From IMG/VR virus record IMGVR_UViG_3300006802_012847, positions 1 through 64,000 of that record: a stretch of 64,000 nt of DNA; one strand, written 5' to 3'. The translations under genes and the position numbers were made by a program. Position 1 is the stretch's first letter. Each line of letters starts with the position of its first letter. Positions 18,501 to 27,410 of this stretch are shown here, in pieces. The notes below the pieces were generated by a model, which was not told the origin of the DNA, searched no databases, and saw only the letters and a program-made list of their open reading frames with translations. This DNA comes from a virus.

Positions 18501-20027
18501 AATTTGGATTCTATTTCCAGTCCAACGAAAAGTACAGTATATGATAACTTACTTTATTTATGGAGTTTCGACACGCCAGTTGAATTGTGGCCGTTAAGTG
18601 CTAGTAATCCAGCATCTTTGACTGCATCTATAGTGCCGAATCAGAATATTCATTACACATCCTCGTTTACAGCATTTAATTTTGCTGGAGAATATGTAAC
18701 ATTACCTTATCCTAAATGTGTACCAGCATTTATTTCTGAATTTCCATATGAGTTTGATAAAGTTGTTTTAAAACAAGCTTTAAATGCTAATAACTTTGGT
18801 CCAAACTATAAAAATAATGTTAAGATAAATAAAATAGATGAGTTTGCTTCATCAAATCTAGTTCCATATGATTATTCAACCGGAACAAAAGATATTATTG
18901 GTGCTGATAGTAACATTGTTGGATTTTACATAAGTCCATACAGTTATTTAGAAGGAAAGATCGAAGACTTTTTAGGCAAAGAAGGTATTACAGACGTAAT
19001 CGGCGATCCAAAATATTTAACATCTCAAAATTATCCAGAGTTAGACGTTCGATTAAAAGAATTTTCATCAACTAATCAAAAATATATTTATCCACAAGAG
19101 TTTTATTCGACGTATAAATTTTATATAGACTTTACTATATTTGATTATATTAAAAATGTTATTCCGAATAGAGCATCTTTGAAAAATGGTCTTTTAATTG
19201 AACCATCTATTTTAGAGAGAAAGAAATTTAATTATAAAGATGTTACTTATAATGTAAGTGGTCTGTATACATCTAGTATTAACTTTGATAACTCAGCAAA
19301 ATTAAGTCCTACGTCTACAACTGGCAGTTCTATGAACATCTCAATGCCATTTTTAAACACATATGATACAGATAGAGATCAGTACAACTTTTCTAGGTTT
19401 GAAATTCCATCATCTATAGACGATAGAGACTTTATTTATGCTAAGTATGGAAAATATATTGATGTAGATTCAAATGGATTCCACATTAGAAACACATATA
19501 ATGTTTCAGATAATGATTATTATCAGATGCGAAATGATAATGGACAGATTGTAACATTTACTGCTAGTTTTGATAGAGTTAGTATAGTTGGTTCGGGGTC
19601 TGTTACTGGCTCATCAGCATTAACTAATATATATAGAGGTATAGGAAACAGTGGATATTCAGAAAGACATTTGAGTAAACAAACATTTGCTGGTTCTAGA
19701 GATACTTATACTGCTGTAAGTGGTTCTAACTTTGTGATTATAAATGGCGTTAAGAGATTTGCTCCTGCTAAGTTAAATTTCTATACATATATAAAGGGAA
19801 AAAATGATTCTTCGACAACTGTAAATAGAAAAGGAGTTCCGAATGGATCTAGCCCTGTAACTACTATACCAGGATATTTAAGTTTAAATATTAGTAGTAG
19901 TAATTCTCCAATTTATGGTACTACTACTGGTTCTGTTGGTGATCCAAATAATTTATTTGTTCCATTACCGTTAACGGCATCTATGGAAACGAGTGCTAGT
20001 TTAGAAGAATATATCATGAATTTATAA
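15522..20027 (+). CDS. Large baseplate wedge/structural protein (gp7-like region plus LamG-like segment)
   Basis: LINQLPEYVRED, NNLPYIYKTKGT..SL....FGIP..L.IREYG wedge-like motifs; FYVGN...FNGNIDKIKVF LamG-like strand; 1501 aa. Confidence 0.6.
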   Translation: MPYSYLTIDEQQLTTGIVDSSYFPDNLQELYEQSLSDQEKFFGSSPYDIIECSIYNADQEILAFNRIYPTVTFSVIQGSYYDINNILTEYDFNKPFTNYAKFNNQVLLNTRDFIKQSDLSPGLYFVLYNFIRNIAGNPDYKLAIKEVSPSRKEIRLSYGFNTDSSPEADDVRIRAQAFADKKFLFLQLSNQINQIIDNNPISVNFRENEDNFNYLEVAQNLGLKSQAELQQFIIDTYVGYDKIITLSSNDTSIKQTSKFIGIDTQIKNFTYTYNDTEFTESEILLAFKTIVAKVSQDRILQKTSLNEAQLEQAIEVFVKVIYTDWLETQTSDLLENYANRYFGLFKNALNFGNGNLIKILDHANYFNTIDGQTNIQVKLDEPLPLEYDIRSTCWVSNISLSPLYFKANVFSEAVKRNVSLNGVNFDVTVNVSNASNEPFESNNEDSLLYAKLRVQQKINDLLVDYDNFSNFILYSSAELRTKIAKNKILDYDQKETKKNLLSQTSSLVTTPISASYAADFEKLTKEQIYILNSFDEYESYLFFNTSSINEKIEDGVDYDLENPDSLINQLPEYVREDQDSLDYLKFTSMVGHFFDNIMLYIKKFPKTYPLGMSENSDYPKNYLDELLNSFSWDTLNLKLQNSDMTQFLFNDSQFSGSLSSSYFEYGKSILNRFANNLPYIYKTKGTANSLELIRSIFGIPAELVNIREYGSTDVTVNRQNYYDFEDILYFVRIKDDRYIKFDYKPQYYTYLPLVKYTETGSAYSSSWSTGSSGFYPYTSSVGLIEEFTSFKTIESTFRFKTDNYDKDKKIPIIQKTRNGKLDWKVYVQKTQQKQSGKLVFDIHPYESGYTSSIVSDELPYFNGSLYTFMVNRDILGSYALYDSDNTASSSLYSSSRFVSNSVIINLSSSFTSSAAEKYVPYEYKLSVNQYEGSLKNFYSKKTKIINYAQNQYFSSGSFYVGNYNTNINFNGNIDKIKVFRESVSDEDFDEHSYNLDSISSPTKSTVYDNLLYLWSFDTPVELWPLSASNPASLTASIVPNQNIHYTSSFTAFNFAGEYVTLPYPKCVPAFISEFPYEFDKVVLKQALNANNFGPNYKNNVKINKIDEFASSNLVPYDYSTGTKDIIGADSNIVGFYISPYSYLEGKIEDFLGKEGITDVIGDPKYLTSQNYPELDVRLKEFSSTNQKYIYPQEFYSTYKFYIDFTIFDYIKNVIPNRASLKNGLLIEPSILERKKFNYKDVTYNVSGLYTSSINFDNSAKLSPTSTTGSSMNISMPFLNTYDTDRDQYNFSRFEIPSSIDDRDFIYAKYGKYIDVDSNGFHIRNTYNVSDNDYYQMRNDNGQIVTFTASFDRVSIVGSGSVTGSSALTNIYRGIGNSGYSERHLSKQTFAGSRDTYTAVSGSNFVIINGVKRFAPAKLNFYTYIKGKNDSSTTVNRKGVPNGSSPVTTIPGYLSLNISSSNSPIYGTTTGSVGDPNNLFVPLPLTASMETSASLEEYIMNL

Positions 20028-20073
20028 TATCTATTTTAGCATAAAACACAAAATCAATGATAATTATTAGTAT

Positions 20074-20718
20074 ATGGCATATTTAGATAACAACGTAATT
20101 ACGATTAACGCGGTTTTAACCCGAAAAGGGCGTGAAATCCTCGCAAAAACAGGCGGATTGAACATCACTGCGTTTGCATTAGCGGATGATGAAATTGATT
20201 ACACACAATTTAATCCTACTCATCCGATGGGAAGTGCATACTACGATATTGCAATTAGAAATACGCCTGTAATGGAACCTATCACCGATGAATCACAATT
20301 AATGAAGTATAAGTTGGTAACATTAAATGAAGGTGTTACTGCTGTACCTACTATTAGTGTCGCTCAGAGTGTAATTACTATTGACCGTGATTACACAGGT
20401 GAAATTAGTATCAGTCCGAGTACCAATCCAACATATAACGTAACATTAGGATACACTGCTATTTTGGCAAATAAAAATGTAGGAACTTTAGTGGTTACCG
20501 AGACAAACAGTTTGAATTCGACCACGGCTACAGTGCCATCCTTTGCAGGTGATCTTGCTTCGCAGACATCCCAGTCCGTTGTTGGAAATAAATTTAGATT
20601 TGTGCCGAATGCTTCATTAGCAAAAACAACTACGACGAATATTACAATTATTGGCAATGAGAGTGGCGGAAACACATCAATTACAGTAACTGTTAAAGTG
20701 CCTACAACAACAACTTAA
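20074..20718 (+). CDS. Baseplate/tail-collar structural protein
   Basis: AVLTRKGREILAK...ITAFALADDEIDY resembles the tail-collar fibre N-terminal fold. Confidence 0.6.
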   Translation: MAYLDNNVITINAVLTRKGREILAKTGGLNITAFALADDEIDYTQFNPTHPMGSAYYDIAIRNTPVMEPITDESQLMKYKLVTLNEGVTAVPTISVAQSVITIDRDYTGEISISPSTNPTYNVTLGYTAILANKNVGTLVVTETNSLNSTTATVPSFAGDLASQTSQSVVGNKFRFVPNASLAKTTTTNITIIGNESGGNTSITVTVKVPTTTT

Positions 20719-20726
20719 TTTGAAAT

Positions 20727-21836
20727 ATGATTTTTAGTCAATTTACAACGGATGATATTGTATCAGGTAGAATAAATCAGGTGTCTTCTGGTTTATTTGG
20801 TACCACAGGTAGTTTATATTTAAGTCAATCTCAATTCACCACATCATCTGCATATAATACAGCTCCTACAGGCTCTTCAGCATTTGATGTAAAAAACGGA
20901 CAGTATTATCTAAATGTACAATATAATAGTGAAACATATTTTGCATTAGCATATGGTGATTATGCTAACAGTGGTAGTTCTGAATTTGATGACCCAGATA
21001 ATGCTACAACTGTTTTAACAAATGAAACTAAAGTAATTTATTCGGAATATAAAAATACACTTTTACAACCAAGTGATGATTTATTTTCGTTTGCTTCTGG
21101 AAGTGCTACAACTCCAGTAGATGGTCAACAAATATTCGTGATGAACTTTTCATCCGATAAAATTAAAGATCAATTAGATCCAGGCCAGATTCAAATAAAT
21201 TTAAACGGAACAAGTGGACAGTTTTCATTTATTGATGATTCTCAAGTAATAAATAAACAACAGAGTGTATATAATTTGATTTCTGGTTCTGTAGTTAACG
21301 GAGTTCCTACGCCATATTTGTCAAACGGTAGTCCAGTATATGCTGGGGTTGGACTATTTTATCCATCTCAGGGTGTAGTTATTTTTAATGCTGAAAAAAC
21401 AAATGATATTGTTGGATTTTACCGATCAAGTGATATAGACAGTAGATTATCAAATGCTAGTACTTATGATAACACTAATTCATATGATAAATACTGGAGA
21501 TTGTGGTTTAGATCTTTCTATAAAGCTATTAAATCGTCTACAAAAACTATGGCGGCAAGACGTAGTGAATTTGTACCAAGTACCAATTATTTCGTACGTG
21601 TAAAAAATAAAGAATTTAATTATACAAATAATCCAACATTTGTTTCTGATGGTACGGACGGTAAAACAAAAGGAACAATTATATATCAAGATTTAATTAA
21701 TAATCCTAGAACTTATATTACAAGTGTTGGACTTTATAATGCAAATAATGAGTTAGTCGCTATTGGTAAAATAAGTAGACCGATTCAAAAGAGTTTTGAT
21801 AGTGAATTACTGATTAAGGTTAGATTGGATTTTTAG
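20727..21836 (+). CDS. Virion structural protein (baseplate/collar-associated)
   Basis: YFVRVKNKEFNYTNNPTF...TYITSVGLYNANNELVAIGKISRPIQK C-terminus. Confidence 0.65.
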   Translation: MIFSQFTTDDIVSGRINQVSSGLFGTTGSLYLSQSQFTTSSAYNTAPTGSSAFDVKNGQYYLNVQYNSETYFALAYGDYANSGSSEFDDPDNATTVLTNETKVIYSEYKNTLLQPSDDLFSFASGSATTPVDGQQIFVMNFSSDKIKDQLDPGQIQINLNGTSGQFSFIDDSQVINKQQSVYNLISGSVVNGVPTPYLSNGSPVYAGVGLFYPSQGVVIFNAEKTNDIVGFYRSSDIDSRLSNASTYDNTNSYDKYWRLWFRSFYKAIKSSTKTMAARRSEFVPSTNYFVRVKNKEFNYTNNPTFVSDGTDGKTKGTIIYQDLINNPRTYITSVGLYNANNELVAIGKISRPIQKSFDSELLIKVRLDF

Positions 21837-21858
21837 TAAAAAAAATAAAATATTTGAG

Positions 21859-21892
21859 TAATATCGCTCAGTTTTTATATTGAGCGATATTA
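21859..21892. promoter_or_regulatory. Intergenic inverted repeat (hairpin/terminator or operator)
   Basis: Perfect 12-bp TAATATCGCTCA/TGAGCGATATTA with a 10-nt loop. Confidence 0.6.
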
Positions 21893-21937
21893 TTATTTAT
21901 AGATAGGATTTTTTTCAAATAATCTATTTATAATAGG

Positions 21938-23599
21938 ATGATAAAATTTTTTAAAAATGAAGATGTAATAGTAACACCATTTACTATTGCTAAAGATCAA
22001 GTAGTTAATAGTATATTTGACGATTTGATTGTTGGTAATATTGGTGAAGAAATCTTTCCTATAATATCCCCCGTTACTTTTTGCAATGACAGTTTGTCTG
22101 GAAGTTGTTCATCTTCCTCCATTTCATCCGAATACTATATAGCTGCTAGTCAGTTTGAAGATCCTGTCGGTTTTCAAATTGGAAGATATGTTCCATCTAG
22201 TTCAGTATTTTATCCATCTGGAAGTCAGTATTATAATGCTAATACAAATCCAGTTAATACAGATGGAACTTATCAAAGACAAGTTTATAATACTATTGAA
22301 AAAATGTATTATAATAATTATAACAATGCTTATAATATATTTGGTATAGATGGATTTTATGCCGCAAATATGTCTAGTAGTCTGGTAAATGATATTTCCG
22401 TATTTAATTTAACTATTCCTCAAGCGGGTGATAGAATTAGAACCAATACTTTAAAATTGAATAACCAAACAGGTGATATAGTTGCTGAAATTGTAGATGA
22501 CGGTAATTATAATTTGATTTTATCTGGTTCTTATTTTATCAATAAATATGAATTGAGTAGTGATGCTAGAGATTTAACCACGCCATTGGACGGATGTGGA
22601 TTAGGAGCATATATAAACGATCCTACGGCTGATTTGTCAGATTGTTGTCCGTCTCCTTCTCCTTCTCTAACTCCAAGTGTCAGCGTAAGTGTTACACCAA
22701 GTATCAGTGTTACACCAAGAGTTACACCAAGTGTTACACCAAGTATAAGTGTTACACCAAGTGTTACACCAAGTATAAGTGTAACACCAAGTGTCAGTGT
22801 AAGTATAAGTGTAACACCAAGTGTCAGTGTAAGTGTAACACCAAGTATTAGTGTAACACCAACTATTAGTGTAACACCAAGTATTAGTGAAAGTGGTCCA
22901 CCTGTGCCGCCGGCAAGTCCGAGTGAAAGTGCTCCACCTGTGCCGGTATCACCGAGCGAGACTCCTCCAGTAACACCAAGCACTAGTGTAACACCGAGTG
23001 AGACTCCTCCAGTAACACCAAGTGTCAGTGTAAGTGTAACACCAATTATTAGTGTAACACCAAGCACATCGACTGGTTATTGGACTTATGTATCTTTGTA
23101 TCACTCATTCCCAGATAGTTGTTCAAAGGAACCATCGTGTGTTTATTATCCAGATTGTGATCCATGTTGGGATGAGGATGGTGATCCGCAACCCACCAGA
23201 GAATATTGTGCAGACGGTTTGTGGGAGTTAGAAACTACAATTCAATCACAAATTGGTTTTGAGCAATTTGGCACCGAAGCTTCAACTGCTGATTGTAATA
23301 CAAATGTTTTGGGTCCATGCTCTAATGCATTCGGCAATATGCAATATATTGCTACAATTAAATATGCATATAATTTTAATCCAAGTGATCATTCTGGAAC
23401 AGCAGCAATAACAGTTATAGGCAATGCGCCTGATACAGATTCATTATCGGCATGTTGCACAGGCGACCATGGACTTACAATTGGCATAGTAAACGCCATG
23501 GACTATGTAACACTATTTACTAATATAGCATCGTATGTAGGAAATCCAAATCAATGTGGCGATGGATCTCAAACCTTTCCATATATTGTGGGAATATAA
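21938..23599 (+). CDS. Structural protein N-half fused to mucin-like S/T/P tract and Cys-rich C-terminal domain
   Basis: N-terminal similarity to the N-half of 20727-21836; (S/I/V)SVTP repeats; many Cys at the C-terminus. Confidence 0.75.
   Translation: MIKFFKNEDVIVTPFTIAKDQVVNSIFDDLIVGNIGEEIFPIISPVTFCNDSLSGSCSSSSISSEYYIAASQFEDPVGFQIGRYVPSSSVFYPSGSQYYNANTNPVNTDGTYQRQVYNTIEKMYYNNYNNAYNIFGIDGFYAANMSSSLVNDISVFNLTIPQAGDRIRTNTLKLNNQTGDIVAEIVDDGNYNLILSGSYFINKYELSSDARDLTTPLDGCGLGAYINDPTADLSDCCPSPSPSLTPSVSVSVTPSISVTPRVTPSVTPSISVTPSVTPSISVTPSVSVSISVTPSVSVSVTPSISVTPTISVTPSISESGPPVPPASPSESAPPVPVSPSETPPVTPSTSVTPSETPPVTPSVSVSVTPIISVTPSTSTGYWTYVSLYHSFPDSCSKEPSCVYYPDCDPCWDEDGDPQPTREYCADGLWELETTIQSQIGFEQFGTEASTADCNTNVLGPCSNAFGNMQYIATIKYAYNFNPSDHSGTAAITVIGNAPDTDSLSACCTGDHGLTIGIVNAMDYVTLFTNIASYVGNPNQCGDGSQTFPYIVGI
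22649..23074 (+). repeat. Mucin-like coding repeats (agtgt(t/a)acacca)n
   Basis: Visible 12/18-bp degenerate tandem repeats encoding SVTP/SISVTP. Confidence 0.9.
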
Positions 23600-23673
23600 C
23601 AAAAATTTATTAAAAAGATTTTTACATGGGTTTTTAATATGTATGAGTAAAATTGAAAGTGTTAATATAAGTT

Positions 23674-26373
23674 ATGACCAATAAAAAAAGTTCTTCTCCA
23701 AAAAAGACTATTAAGAAGTCTGTTCCGAAAAAGCAATCAGTTAAAAAGGTTGTAAAAAAGACAACAAAAGTTGAAAAAACTTCTACGGATAAAATTTTTG
23801 TTCAGATTGCTAGTTATAGAGATCCGCAACTGTTACCTACTTTGCGAGATATGTTTAAAAATGCAAAACATCCAGAAAATATTGTGGTTGCTTTGTGTTG
23901 GCAACATGACGAAAAAGAGTCTTTAGAAGAATTCACCAACGATGTGCGATTTAAGATTATCGACATTCCATATAAACAAGCTAAAGGAGTTTGTTGGGCT
24001 AGAAGTAAACTAAATGAGTTGTATAATGGTGAAGAATATACGATGCAATTGGATTCGCATCATAGGTTTGTTGAGAATTGGGATGAAACTTTAATTTCTA
24101 TGATTAATGGGTTAATTAAAAAAGGACATAAAAAGCCAGTTTTATCAGCTTATATTCCGTCATATGAGCCATCAGATCCATTGCCTGATGAAGGTAAAAT
24201 TCGTGAACCTTGGAAACTAAATTTTGATAGATTTTTACCAGAAGGTCCGGTTGTGTTTAGACCCGCAACAATAGATAACTGGAGAGAAATTGATTCGCCT
24301 GTTCCAGCAAGATTTATGTCTGGTCATTTTATTTTTACATCGGGTCAATTTATTAAAGACATTCCATATGATCCAGATTTATATTTTTATGGAGAAGAAA
24401 TAAGTTTGGCGGTACGTGCATTTACAAGTGGATATGACCTATTTCATCCACATAGATGTGTAGTTTGGCATCAATATACTAGAAAAGGCGCACTTAGACA
24501 TTGGGACGATGATAAAAATTGGAACAAATTAAATAGTAGCGCATATGAAAAAGTCACCGCACTTTTGGGAGTAGATGGCAAAAGAATTGAATTTGAACAA
24601 TATGGGTTAGGAAAAGAAAGAACGTTGGAAGATTATGAGAAATATTCTGGAATTAGGTTTAAAGATAGAGCTGTGCAAAAATATACTTTAGATTTTAATC
24701 TTGCTCCGAATCCAAAATATAAAACTAAAAAAGAATATGAAAACTCTTTCTTAAGAGTGTTTAAGCACTGTCTAGACATTTATGAAGGCGACTTACCAGA
24801 AAAAGATTATGACTTACTGGTTGTAGAATTTAAAGATGACGATGGAAATTCCATTAGATGTGATTTGGGAGAAGAAGAAACGAAAAACACATTAGCTTCT
24901 TCATTAGAAGACCGGTTTTATAGAATATGGAGAACTGCGTATATAGATTTTGTGCCCGAGAGTTTTGTATTTTGGCCTAGAAGTAAATCTAAAGGATGGA
25001 TGAAAAGGATTGAAACTCGTTTGCCTAGATCGAAGATAAAATACTCATCATCTCCAGATAGTTTGTGGGATAAATTTGATGAGTCTAAGAGTTTTACATC
25101 AAAGGGAAATAGAACTAAAAATAAAAGAAAAATATTTTTACATATACCAGCGTATAGAGAGCCTGAATTAATTCCTACTATTGAAAGTGCTATTAAAAAT
25201 GCGAAATATCCTAATAGACTAGTTTTTGGGATATGTCGTCAGTATAACCCAGATGATAAATTCGATGATTTAAGCAAATACGAAAAAGATAAAAGGTTTA
25301 AGATCATCAATATGTTATATACTGAAGCAAAAGGATTACCGTTTGCTAGATATCAATGTAATACTATGATTACAGACGAAGATTATGTATTACAATTGGA
25401 TAGTCATCATAGGTTTGCTGAAAACTGGGATGAGACATTAATAGACATGCACGATGGATTAAAATCAAAGGGACATAAAAAACCTATTATTGGTGGGTAT
25501 CTACCATTTTATCAACCAGAAAATGATCCTGCTGGCAGAGTAAAAATTCCATTTCAGTCAGTTGCTTCATGTTTTTATCCACATGGAACGTTGTTTATAC
25601 GACCAGGCGCATTTGCTCCAGGTGTAGATTTATCTGAACCACCAGCTGCTAGATTTTTATCTGGTCATTTTTCTTTTGCTGATACACATTGGGCAAAAAC
25701 TATAAAACACGATGTTGACATTTATTTCAGCGGTGAAGAAATTAATTTAACAGTTCGATCATTTACACACGGATACGATCTGTTTCACTTAAATAAAACT
25801 GTCATATGGCATGCTATGGAGAGAAAAGAACGTAATGGAATTTTAGTCTGGGATGACCAATGGAAGCGAGGCGATACAGCGTGGACGACAGAACAAGATA
25901 AAGCTAGGGCAAAAATAAGACAGTTACTTAGAACTGAGTATAATGGTTTTGATCTTACTGGATATGATCTTGGTACTGAACGTACAATTGAAGATTATGA
26001 AAAATACTCAGGTTTCAATTTCAAAGAAAGAACTTTCAACAATGAAGCTGTTCAAAATGTTATTCCAGATTTAAACAGAGTTAGTTCGGAACAAAATAAA
26101 TTGAAAAAGTCTTTTTATCATTTAGTAACTATTACAAAGAATGAATTACCAAACAATGATTATAGTAAAATATTAGTTGCTTATGACAATGAGAAAGGTA
26201 TTGGAATTCATACAAGATATATCGAGGGTGAGGAGTTAACACAGTTTACAAGTGGCAAAGCAAATATTCACTACGAAGATTATATGTTTTTAGAAGAATG
26301 GCCAAAACGGGTAGTGTACTGGGGATTTAGTGATTCACGTGGATGGGCTGAACGTGTTGAACAGCTTTTATAA
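23674..26373 (+). CDS. Tandem two-domain GlcNAc-transferase, Gnt1/Skp1-GlcNAcT (GT60, PF11397)-like
   Basis: Two copies of IF(V/L).I..YR(D/E)P.L.PT ... AKG...AR ... QLDSHHRF..NWDETLI ... ARF.SGHF.F ... YF.GEEI.L.VR.FT.GYDLFH ... LG.ERT.EDYEKYSG. Confidence 0.85.
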   Translation: MTNKKSSSPKKTIKKSVPKKQSVKKVVKKTTKVEKTSTDKIFVQIASYRDPQLLPTLRDMFKNAKHPENIVVALCWQHDEKESLEEFTNDVRFKIIDIPYKQAKGVCWARSKLNELYNGEEYTMQLDSHHRFVENWDETLISMINGLIKKGHKKPVLSAYIPSYEPSDPLPDEGKIREPWKLNFDRFLPEGPVVFRPATIDNWREIDSPVPARFMSGHFIFTSGQFIKDIPYDPDLYFYGEEISLAVRAFTSGYDLFHPHRCVVWHQYTRKGALRHWDDDKNWNKLNSSAYEKVTALLGVDGKRIEFEQYGLGKERTLEDYEKYSGIRFKDRAVQKYTLDFNLAPNPKYKTKKEYENSFLRVFKHCLDIYEGDLPEKDYDLLVVEFKDDDGNSIRCDLGEEETKNTLASSLEDRFYRIWRTAYIDFVPESFVFWPRSKSKGWMKRIETRLPRSKIKYSSSPDSLWDKFDESKSFTSKGNRTKNKRKIFLHIPAYREPELIPTIESAIKNAKYPNRLVFGICRQYNPDDKFDDLSKYEKDKRFKIINMLYTEAKGLPFARYQCNTMITDEDYVLQLDSHHRFAENWDETLIDMHDGLKSKGHKKPIIGGYLPFYQPENDPAGRVKIPFQSVASCFYPHGTLFIRPGAFAPGVDLSEPPAARFLSGHFSFADTHWAKTIKHDVDIYFSGEEINLTVRSFTHGYDLFHLNKTVIWHAMERKERNGILVWDDQWKRGDTAWTTEQDKARAKIRQLLRTEYNGFDLTGYDLGTERTIEDYEKYSGFNFKERTFNNEAVQNVIPDLNRVSSEQNKLKKSFYHLVTITKNELPNNDYSKILVAYDNEKGIGIHTRYIEGEELTQFTSGKANIHYEDYMFLEEWPKRVVYWGFSDSRGWAERVEQLL

Positions 26374-27368
26374 TGGATGAAAATAAAATATTGTTGGAAT
26401 GTTATTTTGCGCCCGCAGCAGGCGCAAATGATTTTTTAGCAGACATTTTTAATTTAATTTTTGATAAACTTAAAATATTATATCCGAAGTTTGAATTCAA
26501 AAATATTCTACCGAATGAAGGAATTTGCGTAATACCACCGAATAATGTATTCGGAAGTTCCGGCGGATTAGTTAGTTTTCAAATTAGAAATCCTATTAAT
26601 AATAAAGTAATATTTCTTAGTTTTTGTGACAGAGGAATAGAATTTAACGAATGTGTGGACGCTTGGGCACCAATGTTAGAAAAATATGAAATAGTTCAAT
26701 ATATAGGCGGGTTGGGAGTATCGTTATCGAATGAAGAAATATATGATAAGTACAAAATAAAAAGATTTAATTTTTTACCATACTTATCTACTGGTAATCA
26801 TCGTGATCTATTTAAGGATTGTATTACTGATTATGATATTGATTCAAAAGAAAGAAAAGTTTGTTTTTTCACATCTTTATATTATCCTAGAACGGAAATT
26901 TGCGATATTTTAGTTAAACATCCACTGTTTGAAATTAAAACATCTAAACGTGATAAATCATATTATGCGGATTTACGAGATAGTGAATATTTTAACGCAG
27001 TATCTAAATTTAGAATGGGTTTAAGTTTAAATGGAGCAGGAGAAGTATCTATAAGAGATTTTGAATATTTCGGTCTTAATATTCCTTGTATAAGACCATT
27101 ATTACTTACTAAATTCTCTCCCGAAATAATTCCAGATATACATTATATTCCATTTGATTTTTGTTCGCCGACTGCAAATCAATATTACAGCCAAAGTAGT
27201 GATGAAATTGCCGATCTTATAATTGATAAGGTTGAAAAAACGATTGATGATGTAGAAAAATTAAAGGCGGTGTCAAAACAAGCAAATGAATATTATAAAA
27301 AATATTTAAACGTACCATATTTAGTCGAATCATTTTTCAAAATTTGCGATCTTGATAAATTAATTTAA
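26373..27368 (+). CDS. Putative glycosyltransferase (GT-B/GT90-like C-terminal domain)
   Basis: GLSLNGAGEVSIRDFEYFGLNIPCI...IIPDIHYIP...KQANEYYKKY; paralogous to 32130 and 33132. Confidence 0.6.
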   Translation: MDENKILLECYFAPAAGANDFLADIFNLIFDKLKILYPKFEFKNILPNEGICVIPPNNVFGSSGGLVSFQIRNPINNKVIFLSFCDRGIEFNECVDAWAPMLEKYEIVQYIGGLGVSLSNEEIYDKYKIKRFNFLPYLSTGNHRDLFKDCITDYDIDSKERKVCFFTSLYYPRTEICDILVKHPLFEIKTSKRDKSYYADLRDSEYFNAVSKFRMGLSLNGAGEVSIRDFEYFGLNIPCIRPLLLTKFSPEIIPDIHYIPFDFCSPTANQYYSQSSDEIADLIIDKVEKTIDDVEKLKAVSKQANEYYKKYLNVPYLVESFFKICDLDKLI

Positions 27369-27410
27369 CAAGAATATGACTATATATTATATACAGAAAG
27401 AATTACAATC

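Noticed and set aside
22531-23067. Minus-strand LGVT-repeat ORF and the overlapping +strand CYTK-repeat ORF (22642-22851)
   Set aside because: Alternative-frame shadows of the SVTP repeats.
22649-23074. Possible CRISPR array (also considered for 3115-3585)
   Set aside because: Repeats are codon-phased, degenerate, lack unique spacers and lie inside ORFs; no cas genes.
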